From a virus: DNA of 61,485 nt. The translations under genes and the position numbers were made by a program. The stretch lies in the IMG/VR virus record IMGVR_UViG_3300037067_026753; one strand, written 5' to 3'. This document shows positions 19,386 to 28,292 of the stretch, one piece after another. The notes under the pieces are model-generated. The model had not been told where the DNA came from. It did not search any database and saw nothing but the letters and a program-made list of their open reading frames with translations. Within the stretch, counting starts at the first letter, position 1. The number at the start of each line of letters is the position of its first letter.

Positions 19386-20165
19386 ATGAGTATATACAAA
19401 ATAACAAATTTATTAAACAACAAGATTTACGTTGGAAAATTAAAAGACACTTCTGTTTTTGAAACTTATTGGGGTTCGGGAATTCTTATACAACGAACTA
19501 TTACAAGATATGGTATAGAAAATTTTAAAAAAGAAATATTAGAAGAAGTTGCCGATGCAAACATAAATGACAGAGAAAGATATTGGATCAAACTATTTAA
19601 CGCTTATGATATTAAAATCGGATACAACTTAACTGAGGGTGGAGAAGGTGGTGATGTTTTTTCTAAAAAACCAGATTATTTAAAAAATATCACTAGAAAG
19701 AACATGTCAAAAGCACGTAAAGGTATGAAACAAACTCCAGAATGGATAAAAAATAGAATAGGTATGATTACAGGACCAAGAAATGGAATGTTTGGGAAAA
19801 AACTATCTGAAGTCACTAGAAAAAAGATAAGTTTGAAATTAAAAGGCAGAAAATTTACAGAAACACATAAGAAGAACATGTCCAACAGTAAAATTGGTAA
19901 TAAAAACCCAATATACAAGATTTTAGCAGATCCCAAAAAATATAGAAATTTTGTGAACAAAATGTCAGCAGTGACATCTGGTAGTAACAACCCAAGAGCA
20001 TTGAAAATAATTAGATCGGACATGCATGGAAATGAAACATTAAAAGAAGCTACTTTATCAATTGCATCGACAGATAAAAATATTTATTATCAATCAAGAA
20101 AAATAAAAGAAGCAATTGCTAATAATATGCTCCATAAAGAACACAAGTGGAAATTTGCGGAATAG
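19386..20165 (+). CDS. GIY-YIG homing endonuclease with NUMOD-type DNA-binding repeats
   Basis: IYKITNLLNNKIYVGK...YWGSG...REKYWI...NLTEGGEGG GIY-YIG domain. The C-terminus is lysine-rich with repeats (NMSKARKG, NMSNSKIGNKNP). Confidence 0.8.
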   Translation: MSIYKITNLLNNKIYVGKLKDTSVFETYWGSGILIQRTITRYGIENFKKEILEEVADANINDRERYWIKLFNAYDIKIGYNLTEGGEGGDVFSKKPDYLKNITRKNMSKARKGMKQTPEWIKNRIGMITGPRNGMFGKKLSEVTRKKISLKLKGRKFTETHKKNMSNSKIGNKNPIYKILADPKKYRNFVNKMSAVTSGSNNPRALKIIRSDMHGNETLKEATLSIASTDKNIYYQSRKIKEAIANNMLHKEHKWKFAE

Positions 20166-20217
20166 TAGGGACCTTTCGGTCCTTACCAATTCCGCTGCAA
20201 CTCCTGGGTAGGAAAGA

Positions 20218-20997
20218 TCAGTTGAAGAAGGAGTTATTCGCTCCGCCGACGGTTGTCTGACTGGTTCTTATGACGGATTTGCTCACCAGATCGACAGTCC
20301 TGCGTATTTCGCTCTCGGTAGCGTCAACTGTCATTTTGTTGATGAACCCGACGGAATCAGCAATTGCACCAAGATCATCATTGGGATCCTGCTTATAACC
20401 GATATAAACAGGGTAGAATCCCTCTTTTTTCAGTGATGCATCGACGACTGTTTTGCAATCGTCAGCTGAATGCTTGCGCGAATCATTATCGTCACCATCT
20501 GAAAAAACTGCAATGATGATTTTTGACCGTACACCACTACTCTTCAGATCCTTGGCGTAAGCTTGCGCTCCGGTCAATGCATCCATAAGAGCATCATACA
20601 GCGCCGTTGAACCACCTTTTGCAGCATACTGTTTTTCGATGGGACCGATATCTGTGGATTTTTTGAACCCATGGAGGATGGTTGCCCGTGTCGAAAAAAC
20701 AACCGTACTCACGAGAATCGAGCCACCCTGTTTTGAGCCTTTGAAGGAATTGATGAATTTGTCGTAGCATTCCCTGACGGTATTCTCATGCATGTTCATC
20801 GACAATGAACCGTCAAGGAGCACCTTAACCAGGGTGACATCGTCCGTTTCGATATCATCTACCGAAGCGCCCAAGCACCCGGTGAGATTTGTTCCGTTCA
20901 AACTGTTGATCATCAATGCTGATGCGGCCGGATCCATTGTCTGATCGTTCTGAAACAAGGATTGAATATCACCAACAGTTGGTTGACTTCCTGCCAT
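20218..20997 (-). CDS. von Willebrand factor A domain protein (TerY-like)
   Basis: MIDAS motif LLDGSLSM (DxSxS) and a downstream AVFSDGDDND. The region has elevated GC. The tracked ORF starts at 21108; an internal Met with a GGAAGG RBS at 20997 is the likelier start. Confidence 0.55.
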   Translation of the reverse strand: MAGSQPTVGDIQSLFQNDQTMDPAASALMINSLNGTNLTGCLGASVDDIETDDVTLVKVLLDGSLSMNMHENTVRECYDKFINSFKGSKQGGSILVSTVVFSTRATILHGFKKSTDIGPIEKQYAAKGGSTALYDALMDALTGAQAYAKDLKSSGVRSKIIIAVFSDGDDNDSRKHSADDCKTVVDASLKKEGFYPVYIGYKQDPNDDLGAIADSVGFINKMTVDATESEIRRTVDLVSKSVIRTSQTTVGGANNSFFN

Positions 20998-21016
20998 ATT
21001 AAACCGCCTTCCTATT

Positions 21017-21958
21017 TTAAAAGATTTTGTCTGTGCTATTGACGATGTGTACGCCTTCTTTGATGAAGCCGTCGAACTGTGCTTCAGCAATAGCATCGAA
21101 ATCGACATCCGGATTCTTGACCGAGCTCATGCAGTTTCTCAGGATCCATATCTTCTCGAGAATTGCAGTCTGTCCCTTGAAGAAAGCGATCAGCTGCCTG
21201 AGGGATTCAAGCACGCAGTGCGACTTTGCTTCGCCGACGACTATGATTTTGTCGTATTTCCCGAGTACATTGCAGAATCCCGTATTGATACCGGATGCCC
21301 TGGGGTTTTTGGGTACCAGGACTTCGGGCCGGAAAATACCATACATTTCGGTTTCCGGTACGTCGCCTTTGATTTGGAAACTGATTTGCGACCGGCGAAT
21401 CAATGCGTGGTAGTAAAGGATTTCATAGAGCGCCGGTACGAGAGCATGTCCCGGTGTACCGAGCATGGTGTGTTCCGGCCAGATAATCAGGGGCTGTTTG
21501 GTTTGTGCTTCGAGTGTTTTGATGTAATCAAGCGACCATACAGGGTCGATGACCGGTTTGAATTTGCCTTTTTCCACGTCTGCGGCCGTGATGAACGTGA
21601 ACGGCGCCGGATGCTGACCTTTTTCATCGAGCCACCAGTTCCCGTAGAAAATTTGGAAAACCAGGTGGGTATCGAGAGTTGGATAGATTGTTGTGATTCT
21701 ATCCATGTGCTCGAGAATGAAATCGATAATGTTGAACATATCCATTTCAGCATTATCAACGTACAGTTGACCGGTAGGCCGTGGGCAACAGAAATCCACC
21801 TGACAGTCAATTGCGAGTAATGCCGTTCTCTGTCCAGGTTTATCCATTACCGATGGTATTGGAGTAAGGCGAGCGGCCTCTTCCTTTACCCTGGTGATGT
21901 CTGGGACATATAGAGCCCCAATCTTCGACTGATCAAAGAAACTTGGTTTGGACGCCAT
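21017..21958 (-). CDS. Isochorismatase-family cysteine hydrolase (nicotinamidase PncA-like)
   Basis: ALLAIDCQVDF (compare ALLVIDMQNDF) and IVVGEAKSHCV (catalytic Cys region). Confidence 0.55.
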   Translation of the reverse strand: MASKPSFFDQSKIGALYVPDITRVKEEAARLTPIPSVMDKPGQRTALLAIDCQVDFCCPRPTGQLYVDNAEMDMFNIIDFILEHMDRITTIYPTLDTHLVFQIFYGNWWLDEKGQHPAPFTFITAADVEKGKFKPVIDPVWSLDYIKTLEAQTKQPLIIWPEHTMLGTPGHALVPALYEILYYHALIRRSQISFQIKGDVPETEMYGIFRPEVLVPKNPRASGINTGFCNVLGKYDKIIVVGEAKSHCVLESLRQLIAFFKGQTAILEKIWILRNCMSSVKNPDVDFDAIAEAQFDGFIKEGVHIVNSTDKIF

Positions 21959-21971
21959 ATCTGAACTCCTT

Positions 21972-23846
21972 CTATTTAATAAGTCTTAAAAATTTGGCAT
22001 CATGTTCCGAAACAGCTAATATTCCATCTTTATATATTGACAAAGAACAACCTGAGTCAACAAATTGTTCAGTTTCTTTCTTGAGAGTAAATTGTCCTTT
22101 TCGCTCGATTACTATCCCGGCATCCGTAGGATGTACTATAGAAGAACCGAGTAGAATTTTCCCTTCGATAGTTTTCAAGAATGGAGAACTTATTGATTCT
22201 TCTTTTTTAGAATCGAGAATTTTTCCTTCATCATCAATCAAATAATAATAGGAATAAGTTCGACCTTTGTCCAAAGTTTTAAATAAAAACAAGACAGTAC
22301 CTCTTGAAATTTCAGCACAATACTCAATAAGTTGTCCTTGAATCGAAGGAATTGCAGTTTCGTATCTACCTTTACCTGAAAAAACTACAAAATAGTATTG
22401 TTGGAATATCCTGTAAAACAAGATACCAAGACCGGATGGACCTACTGCAAACCATGTTTGATTTTGAAGCGTTTGCATTACGACAGTATCAGTCAGATTG
22501 CCTTGTACGACTTCTGTCGCAATCAAAGCTTGATCCGTCAAACGGTATAATTTTGAACCGCTACAACCAATCATAGTCTTATGGTCAAATTGTAATGTTG
22601 TTGTCTTTGCTACAGGTTTGAGTTGATTACCAGCAAGTTCGACGACCATGAGGTAGTTTGTTCCCACGACAAGGTAATTTTTGAAGAAATCAAAAACCGT
22701 ATCACGTTTATGGCCATCCCAAATTTTGTGGGTGTATCGAGCTTTTTCTGTTATTTCATGCACTTTGGTTTGACTACCAGCATATTCAACGATAATTACT
22801 CTATTGTCCTCAAGAACTTTAGAATAGAGTATTGAACCCTCGGTTTTAAATATTGTTTCAGACAAACATTTACCTGCATCTACGGTATGAGTAACCACTA
22901 TATGGGTTATGAGTGGTGCTGGTTGAACTGTTGTAACAAAGCACACAGGACATTTCGCTCTTCCTTTATAATACCAACCGTTACATTGATTGCATTTTTC
23001 AAATTGGTTTTTATGTGCTGTTAAAAGAGCAGCCGGTATATCAACCCTTTCGCCAAGCCTGAATATTTTGTCAAAGATGTCAAGCAATTCTGGGCTTATA
23101 GTTTCAGGTTTATTCGAAATCCTTGGATATGTTACTGAAGAATCCATGATATAGATTTTTCTTCTTGCTCTTTCGACAATAGAATCGTAGGTTGCATGAG
23201 TGCCGCCATAAGGGTGTGCTAAAAGTAGACATTTGAAAAGCATGACGGCAAAACTATACCAATCTGTTTCTTTTGTGAAATACGGTTTATCAGCAAGATT
23301 GAGCCCGTAAAGATTTGGATCAAGATAAGTATCTGTTCCTACAGCACATGGCCAATCACCAACCTGGAACGAATCGACATCTATGTAAATAGAACCAAAT
23401 TTCGGGGTAAACATTACATTCAAATCGTTATTGTCTCCGATAAATAATCTTGGTGCAACATGTATTGCATCCATTGTCAGTTTTGAGTCTACAAAAAAAT
23501 CAATAATATCATTAGGAGTGATTTGTTCTGTTTTCCTGAATTGTTTATTGGAAAGATTGATTACTTCTTTACCTTTTGCTAAAGGCATGGAAAATCCCAC
23601 GATGTCATTACCTCTTGCGTCCAAGATGACATCAATGGGATAAGCTATATTTGTTGGGAGTTTAAGACTTGAACCCACTTTTATAAATGCTAAAAGTTTC
23701 TCAGCCCTCGTTTTTGATGGTTGATGATAAACTTTTAGAGCTACTCCTTTATGAAGGACTACAGTAGCTTCACCACCGACACCTAATGCACTGGTATCAT
23801 CTACTAAGATCTTGTCATTCTTGTAGATTACTGTTTTGGTCGCCAT
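21972..23846 (-). CDS. Ser/Thr protein kinase-like protein with central zinc ribbon and C-terminal beta-rich domain
   Basis: Gly-loop LGVGGEATVV, VALKVY (VAIK-like) and DVDSFQVGDW (DFG-like). CNQCNGW...CPVCF zinc ribbon. Confidence 0.5.
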   Translation of the reverse strand: MATKTVIYKNDKILVDDTSALGVGGEATVVLHKGVALKVYHQPSKTRAEKLLAFIKVGSSLKLPTNIAYPIDVILDARGNDIVGFSMPLAKGKEVINLSNKQFRKTEQITPNDIIDFFVDSKLTMDAIHVAPRLFIGDNNDLNVMFTPKFGSIYIDVDSFQVGDWPCAVGTDTYLDPNLYGLNLADKPYFTKETDWYSFAVMLFKCLLLAHPYGGTHATYDSIVERARRKIYIMDSSVTYPRISNKPETISPELLDIFDKIFRLGERVDIPAALLTAHKNQFEKCNQCNGWYYKGRAKCPVCFVTTVQPAPLITHIVVTHTVDAGKCLSETIFKTEGSILYSKVLEDNRVIIVEYAGSQTKVHEITEKARYTHKIWDGHKRDTVFDFFKNYLVVGTNYLMVVELAGNQLKPVAKTTTLQFDHKTMIGCSGSKLYRLTDQALIATEVVQGNLTDTVVMQTLQNQTWFAVGPSGLGILFYRIFQQYYFVVFSGKGRYETAIPSIQGQLIEYCAEISRGTVLFLFKTLDKGRTYSYYYLIDDEGKILDSKKEESISSPFLKTIEGKILLGSSIVHPTDAGIVIERKGQFTLKKETEQFVDSGCSLSIYKDGILAVSEHDAKFLRLIK

Positions 23847-24579
23847 TTTGTTTCTCGATTACTATGCAAGTTGCGTCATCCCCAAAGAGTTTTTGATCAT
23901 GCCACAAATTGAACTTTCTTTGAAGTTGACGTTTGTGCGTTCCATATAATTGCGAATCTAATCCATTATCAATAAGAGGCTGAATTCCATCTGTCCCTAT
24001 GATAATGGAATCAATTTCGTTTTGATCAAAAACTTTTATTGTAAAAAAACTAAGTTCAGTTGGCCGTTTTTCAAGGGCTTCTTTGGGTATGGCCTTGTAT
24101 GCAATATATTCAGGTGTTCCTGCTTGATGAATTTCGTGTATTTGTTTATTTAAAATGATGATTCCATCACCACAATTTCCGACAATTACTTTGTCGTTTA
24201 CCAAGATAGTAAACAGACATGTACTCAAAAGCATTTCCTTGACAAAGGAAATGCGTTCTGGTACCCAAACGTCATCAAAGAACAGAACCCCGAGAAGACG
24301 TTTTACAAAAAGATCTAATTCATATTCGATTAAATCTTTTAAACGTTCGGAGTCAATGACTTTGAATTTAGCATCTTGTAAAGTTCGCACAAAATTTACA
24401 ATATATGTGCCTATGAGAGTAGCACCCACTTCCGAATATTTACTTTCCCCACACCCATCGCACACTGTCGCTACTAAAAGCTCTGGTGTTTGATGGGAAT
24501 GAGCAAAGTCCTGCCTATTCTTAAATGAGAGCTGATGGTCTCGACCGACAATAGAAGCAGTGTTAATAAACCAATTCAA
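23815..24579 (-). CDS. PP2C-family Ser/Thr phosphatase
   Basis: VCDGCGES resembles the DGxGG metal site; IIIGTDGIQ resembles the C-terminal SDG motif. Confidence 0.55.
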   Translation of the reverse strand: MNWFINTASIVGRDHQLSFKNRQDFAHSHQTPELLVATVCDGCGESKYSEVGATLIGTYIVNFVRTLQDAKFKVIDSERLKDLIEYELDLFVKRLLGVLFFDDVWVPERISFVKEMLLSTCLFTILVNDKVIVGNCGDGIIILNKQIHEIHQAGTPEYIAYKAIPKEALEKRPTELSFFTIKVFDQNEIDSIIIGTDGIQPLIDNGLDSQLYGTHKRQLQRKFNLWHDQKLFGDDATCIVIEKQNGDQNSNLQE

Positions 24580-24591
24580 TGCTTTTCTCCT

Positions 24592-24987
24592 TTAATAATT
24601 GAGAAGCAGTTTGGCGCCCTTGGAATTTGACAGATCAATGACCAACGGTCCCAAAAGAGTTTTGAGAGCTGTCTGGTCAGAAACCGTTTTCCACCTGCGA
24701 TTGATATGCGTATGTGCTGCCTGAATAGAAATCAGATCGCTTGCACGCCTGCCGTAACAACGCCGGATGAAACCGACATCATCATTCTTTGTCGCAAATT
24801 CAGCAAGGACATAACCCTTTTTGGTAGGCAAAACGCCGATACCGTTGAGGCGCATGTTCCTGATGATTCGGAATATCGAGCACGGTCTCAAATGACACCG
24901 TTCTGCTAACTGTTTTGCTGTCTGGTACTCATTTTCGATAAGTGCCTGATGCACCTTCTCTACCATTTCAATTGACCTGGGTTTCAT
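24592..24987 (-). CDS. Winged-HTH transcriptional regulator
   Basis: Helix-turn-helix (QTAKQLAERCHLRPCSIFRIIRNM) followed by a wing. Confidence 0.45.
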   Translation of the reverse strand: MKPRSIEMVEKVHQALIENEYQTAKQLAERCHLRPCSIFRIIRNMRLNGIGVLPTKKGYVLAEFATKNDDVGFIRRCYGRRASDLISIQAAHTHINRRWKTVSDQTALKTLLGPLVIDLSNSKGAKLLLNY

Positions 24988-25415
24988 AGTCCTCCTTGCA
25001 TCGTTAAAGATTCACGGAAAATTGCGGCTGCTTCGCTTGCTTCGATTAAAGCGGTCGCGCTTTTTTGATAGAAAAGAGATTTCTTGAGCATATCAGCGAG
25101 ATTTGCAACATCTTCAGAAGATAAATTTTTGATTTTCTTTGAAAAACCTTGAGGTAACGAAAACCCTGCAGGAAAGGCCGGAGGTTCATGCTGATCGACA
25201 ACAGCAAGAAGATTCGATTTCCTCGTTCCTATAATCTTATACTTAAAATCGATACTTTTGATTTTTTGCCCAGTTTTCTTTTCGTTGAAAGCAAAAACTG
25301 CACTATATAAAGACTGCTTTGTTATATTGAGAGCAGTTAAAATTTCAGGTGCTGTCATACCGTCCGGATTTGCTTCTAACAATCGGGCTATTTTAATTTG
25401 AACTGTTTCTTTCAT
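24984..25415 (-). CDS. HTH DNA-binding protein
   Basis: N-terminal HTH (MTAPEILTALNITKQSLYSAV). Confidence 0.4.
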   Translation of the reverse strand: MKETVQIKIARLLEANPDGMTAPEILTALNITKQSLYSAVFAFNEKKTGQKIKSIDFKYKIIGTRKSNLLAVVDQHEPPAFPAGFSLPQGFSKKIKNLSSEDVANLADMLKKSLFYQKSATALIEASEAAAIFRESLTMQGGL

Positions 25416-25639
25416 TTTTCACTGTTCCTTTTTTGAAGGCCAAGTTTTAATAGATATCTTATTTCATTTTGAATAGTACGGTCGTCTTCTGCAGCAGCTT
25501 CAATGATTTCTCGATATGTTTGTTCTGTTACACGTAAGCTCGTCATGCCCAGTGTAGCTATCAATCTCTCTCCACTACTTTTCTCAACAGTTTGTTTTTT
25601 CATATTAGCATTACGTATATTTCTATGTCGCATTTGCAT
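25412..25639 (-). CDS. Ribbon-helix-helix (Arc/CopG-like) protein
   Basis: 75 aa. TSLRVTEQTYREIIEAAAEDDRTIQNEIRYLL follows a beta-strand plus two-helix pattern. Confidence 0.45.
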   Translation of the reverse strand: MQMRHRNIRNANMKKQTVEKSSGERLIATLGMTSLRVTEQTYREIIEAAAEDDRTIQNEIRYLLKLGLQKRNSEK

Positions 25640-25739
25640 GCGTGGATTGAAACATATGAACTATAATCTATAACATTTGCACAAACAAGGGTTAACAAAA
25701 ATTCACATTTTTTTACCTTGTTCGAACAAACAAAATAGT

Positions 25740-26102
25740 CTAAAGTTTTCGGTGAGCTTCGTCAATGTCAGTTTTGTACATCTCAGACATTTGATTCAAA
25801 AACTTAAGAGTTTCTTGATCATTCATCTGAGGCATGAAAGAAAGGTTTGTAGGTCCTAATTTGACAAGTGGCTTTGCAGTGCCAAACGGTTCGCCAGTAT
25901 CCCAATGAAATTCTTTTGTAAGATATGTTGGTCCATCTAGAACCCAGCAACCATTTTTTATAACATAGGTAGGTCTTGAATTTTCTCTACTAATTTTAAA
26001 AGAGTTGTCTTCTCTGCAAAAAATACCCAATTTGGCATTTCTTGCAGAGATGATATACAGAAAACCATCCTGACATTGTTCTAATGGAATATATTCCATC
26101 AA
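25740..26102 (-). CDS. Hypothetical protein (120 aa)
   Basis: ORF from the supplied track. Confidence 0.45.
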   Translation of the reverse strand: MMEYIPLEQCQDGFLYIISARNAKLGIFCREDNSFKISRENSRPTYVIKNGCWVLDGPTYLTKEFHWDTGEPFGTAKPLVKLGPTNLSFMPQMNDQETLKFLNQMSEMYKTDIDEAHRKL

Positions 26103-26479
26103 TAACCTGTAGCCTGACGCTCGAAATTGATTTCTTGCTTTTTACGAACTTCTTCTAAAAGTTCTGCAGCAGTCATGTTATGTGTAAGAGCCATATCCAT
26201 TACGAAAATAAACATATCAACAATTTCCACTTTGATTTCTTTTTCATCTTTGCCATCTTCTTGAGTTTTATGCGATTTGTAATTACCAACAGCTCCCATA
26301 AACTCAGCTACTTCTAAGAACAACAAAAAAGCAAGTTCCTTTGAAAACTTTGTTTTTTGTTTTTTATCAAATTCATGCAATAATCTGTTTGACCAATCAC
26401 CTTTTGAAATCAACAAGTTCTCAAACTCTTCTTGTCTCTTATAAAGTCGCTCAAATATGCTGTCCACAATCTCCTCCAT
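26099..26479 (-). CDS. MazG-like nucleotide pyrophosphohydrolase
   Basis: All-alpha protein. EVAEF...VDMFIFVMDMALTHNMTAAELLEEVRKKQEIN resembles the MazG/dimeric dUTPase-like EExxE/D motifs. Confidence 0.5.
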   Translation of the reverse strand: MEEIVDSIFERLYKRQEEFENLLISKGDWSNRLLHEFDKKQKTKFSKELAFLLFLEVAEFMGAVGNYKSHKTQEDGKDEKEIKVEIVDMFIFVMDMALTHNMTAAELLEEVRKKQEINFERQATGY

Positions 26480-27125
26480 CTTTTTTTATAAGAACTGCTG
26501 TTATGTGTCTTTCATCATTTTTCATATCATGTATTCTACATCTAAAACATTCAGAATTAATTTTTTCTTTTTGCTCATCATTCAAATATACGCTTTCGAT
26601 TTTTCCCGTATTCTGCAAACTTTGTAATGCTTTTAAAGAACTATTACTGAAATCAGGTAAACATTTTCCACCAGCCCATTCGTGGGGATTGTGCGGCAAA
26701 CTCGTATGCAAATCTTCTACAATATAAATTCCTCCAGGCGCAAGTGTCGGCCATAATAAAGCCAACGAAAGTTGTTGACCCATCATCGTATGGCTACCAT
26801 CATCAATAATCAAATCGAATTTTACTTCATGCCCTCCCATAAAATCTATTGCTTGAACGATAGAAATTCTATCTTCTTGATTCACATGAAAAGTATTTAT
26901 CTTAAGCCCAAAAGCATCAAGTGCATAATTTTTTATATCCCACCCAAACACCTTTGCATTTGGAAAATATTCACTCCACATTTTTAAACTATCACCTTCA
27001 TAAACGCCAATTTCAAGCATTGTCTTCACATTTTTTTGCGCCAAATAAATATCATAAATATCTATGAACCCGTGATCTAATTTATCCGTCTTATATTTTC
27101 TTGCTAACTGTTCTAAGAAAATCAT
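26451..27125 (-). CDS. Class I SAM-dependent methyltransferase
   Basis: MLEIGVYEGDS (motif I), FGWDI, LIIDDGSH. Confidence 0.55.
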   Translation of the reverse strand: MIFLEQLARKYKTDKLDHGFIDIYDIYLAQKNVKTMLEIGVYEGDSLKMWSEYFPNAKVFGWDIKNYALDAFGLKINTFHVNQEDRISIVQAIDFMGGHEVKFDLIIDDGSHTMMGQQLSLALLWPTLAPGGIYIVEDLHTSLPHNPHEWAGGKCLPDFSNSSLKALQSLQNTGKIESVYLNDEQKEKINSECFRCRIHDMKNDERHITAVLIKKDGGDCGQHI

Positions 27126-27847
27126 GTATTTCCTTCCATATCATTGAACACACCTGCTTCACCGTGATTATTGTCGAAGTCGTAAAGATCTATTCCTTTG
27201 ACTTTTGGAAAAGAACAAAGTGAATAGAACTTGCTATTTCGATTTGTCCCTATCCAACCTTCAGCTTCATTTCGTGTTCCAGCTGGTGTCCTCAATGTCT
27301 TTATATGACTCGATTTAGACCACCAAAAATTACCTGCAAAATAATGTTGACCTTCAACATAAAGAGCCCCGACAGCATCATATTCCTTTAGAAGTTCTAC
27401 ACACCCTTTGTGTCTTTCCATTATGTGATATGACATAACGCCACGCCAAGAACGGATGTTATGTTGAATTCGATCGGGAACATCTGGTCTACAATTGCTT
27501 ACACCCTTTGTATGCACATACCAGACATTATGATTTGAAATTTGAGCATCTTTATAAATACACTCAAAAGTTGGCCACTCAAAAAGAGCAATATTAGGAT
27601 CTATTAGACGAACAACATATTTTTTATGTCTTGAAAAAATATAATCATTTAAGACTTGAGCATGTTGAGCATCACCAAGAATTACGACGTTGATTGTATC
27701 AGTTGCATTGTAGAGACCCGATTGTAAAATCCTACCATGCATTTCTGATGCAACAATGATACCGCTTAAACCATGCATTAAAGCAACATGAAAATAACCG
27801 ATAGTTGGTGTTTTTGGTTCCACAAGCTTATTTATAACTTGTGGCAA
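27122..27847 (-). CDS. Hypothetical protein (241 aa)
   Basis: ORF from the supplied track; no motif I recognise with confidence. Confidence 0.5.
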   Translation of the reverse strand: MPQVINKLVEPKTPTIGYFHVALMHGLSGIIVASEMHGRILQSGLYNATDTINVVILGDAQHAQVLNDYIFSRHKKYVVRLIDPNIALFEWPTFECIYKDAQISNHNVWYVHTKGVSNCRPDVPDRIQHNIRSWRGVMSYHIMERHKGCVELLKEYDAVGALYVEGQHYFAGNFWWSKSSHIKTLRTPAGTRNEAEGWIGTNRNSKFYSLCSFPKVKGIDLYDFDNNHGEAGVFNDMEGNT

Positions 27848-27862
27848 ATAGAAAAGAAAAAA

Positions 27863-28231
27863 TTAGAGAGGTTTATTCATTTTTTCGAAAGCTCGACCAA
27901 GAGCTTCGCTAAAAGAACACGAGCCATTATAATACTTGATAGTGAAATCAATCATGCCATTTTCTGCTTTTTGTGCATCGAATATATCATCATCTTCTAA
28001 ATCTTTCATTTCAAGGATTTCATAGATAATATCATTTACAAATGCACCTACCTCTTTATAGAAGACATCATAAAACATTAAATCAGCTTCATCTTCAGCA
28101 CATCCTGCATAATAAGAAGGAACTTCGCGCCCTTTTGATTCTATGAATCGTGTTACATATTGTACTAATGTTTCGCCTGGTTCTCGTGGAAATTCTTTAA
28201 GTTTGCCCTTAAAGGCTTCTGTTTCACTCAT
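27863..28231 (-). CDS. Hypothetical acidic protein (122 aa)
   Basis: ORF from the supplied track. Confidence 0.45.
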   Translation of the reverse strand: MSETEAFKGKLKEFPREPGETLVQYVTRFIESKGREVPSYYAGCAEDEADLMFYDVFYKEVGAFVNDIIYEILEMKDLEDDDIFDAQKAENGMIDFTIKYYNGSCSFSEALGRAFEKMNKPL

Positions 28232-28292
28232 TACAACTCCATATAGTTATTTATGACATAAATCCAATTATACTCTACAAGGTCGAGCACCA

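Noticed and set aside
21047-21820. 257-aa plus-strand ORF antisense to the isochorismatase-like gene
   Set aside because: It lies in the GC-rich island, where long antisense ORFs arise by chance. The minus-strand frame carries the recognisable hydrolase motifs (ALLAIDCQVDF, GEAKSHCV), and the plus frame has none.
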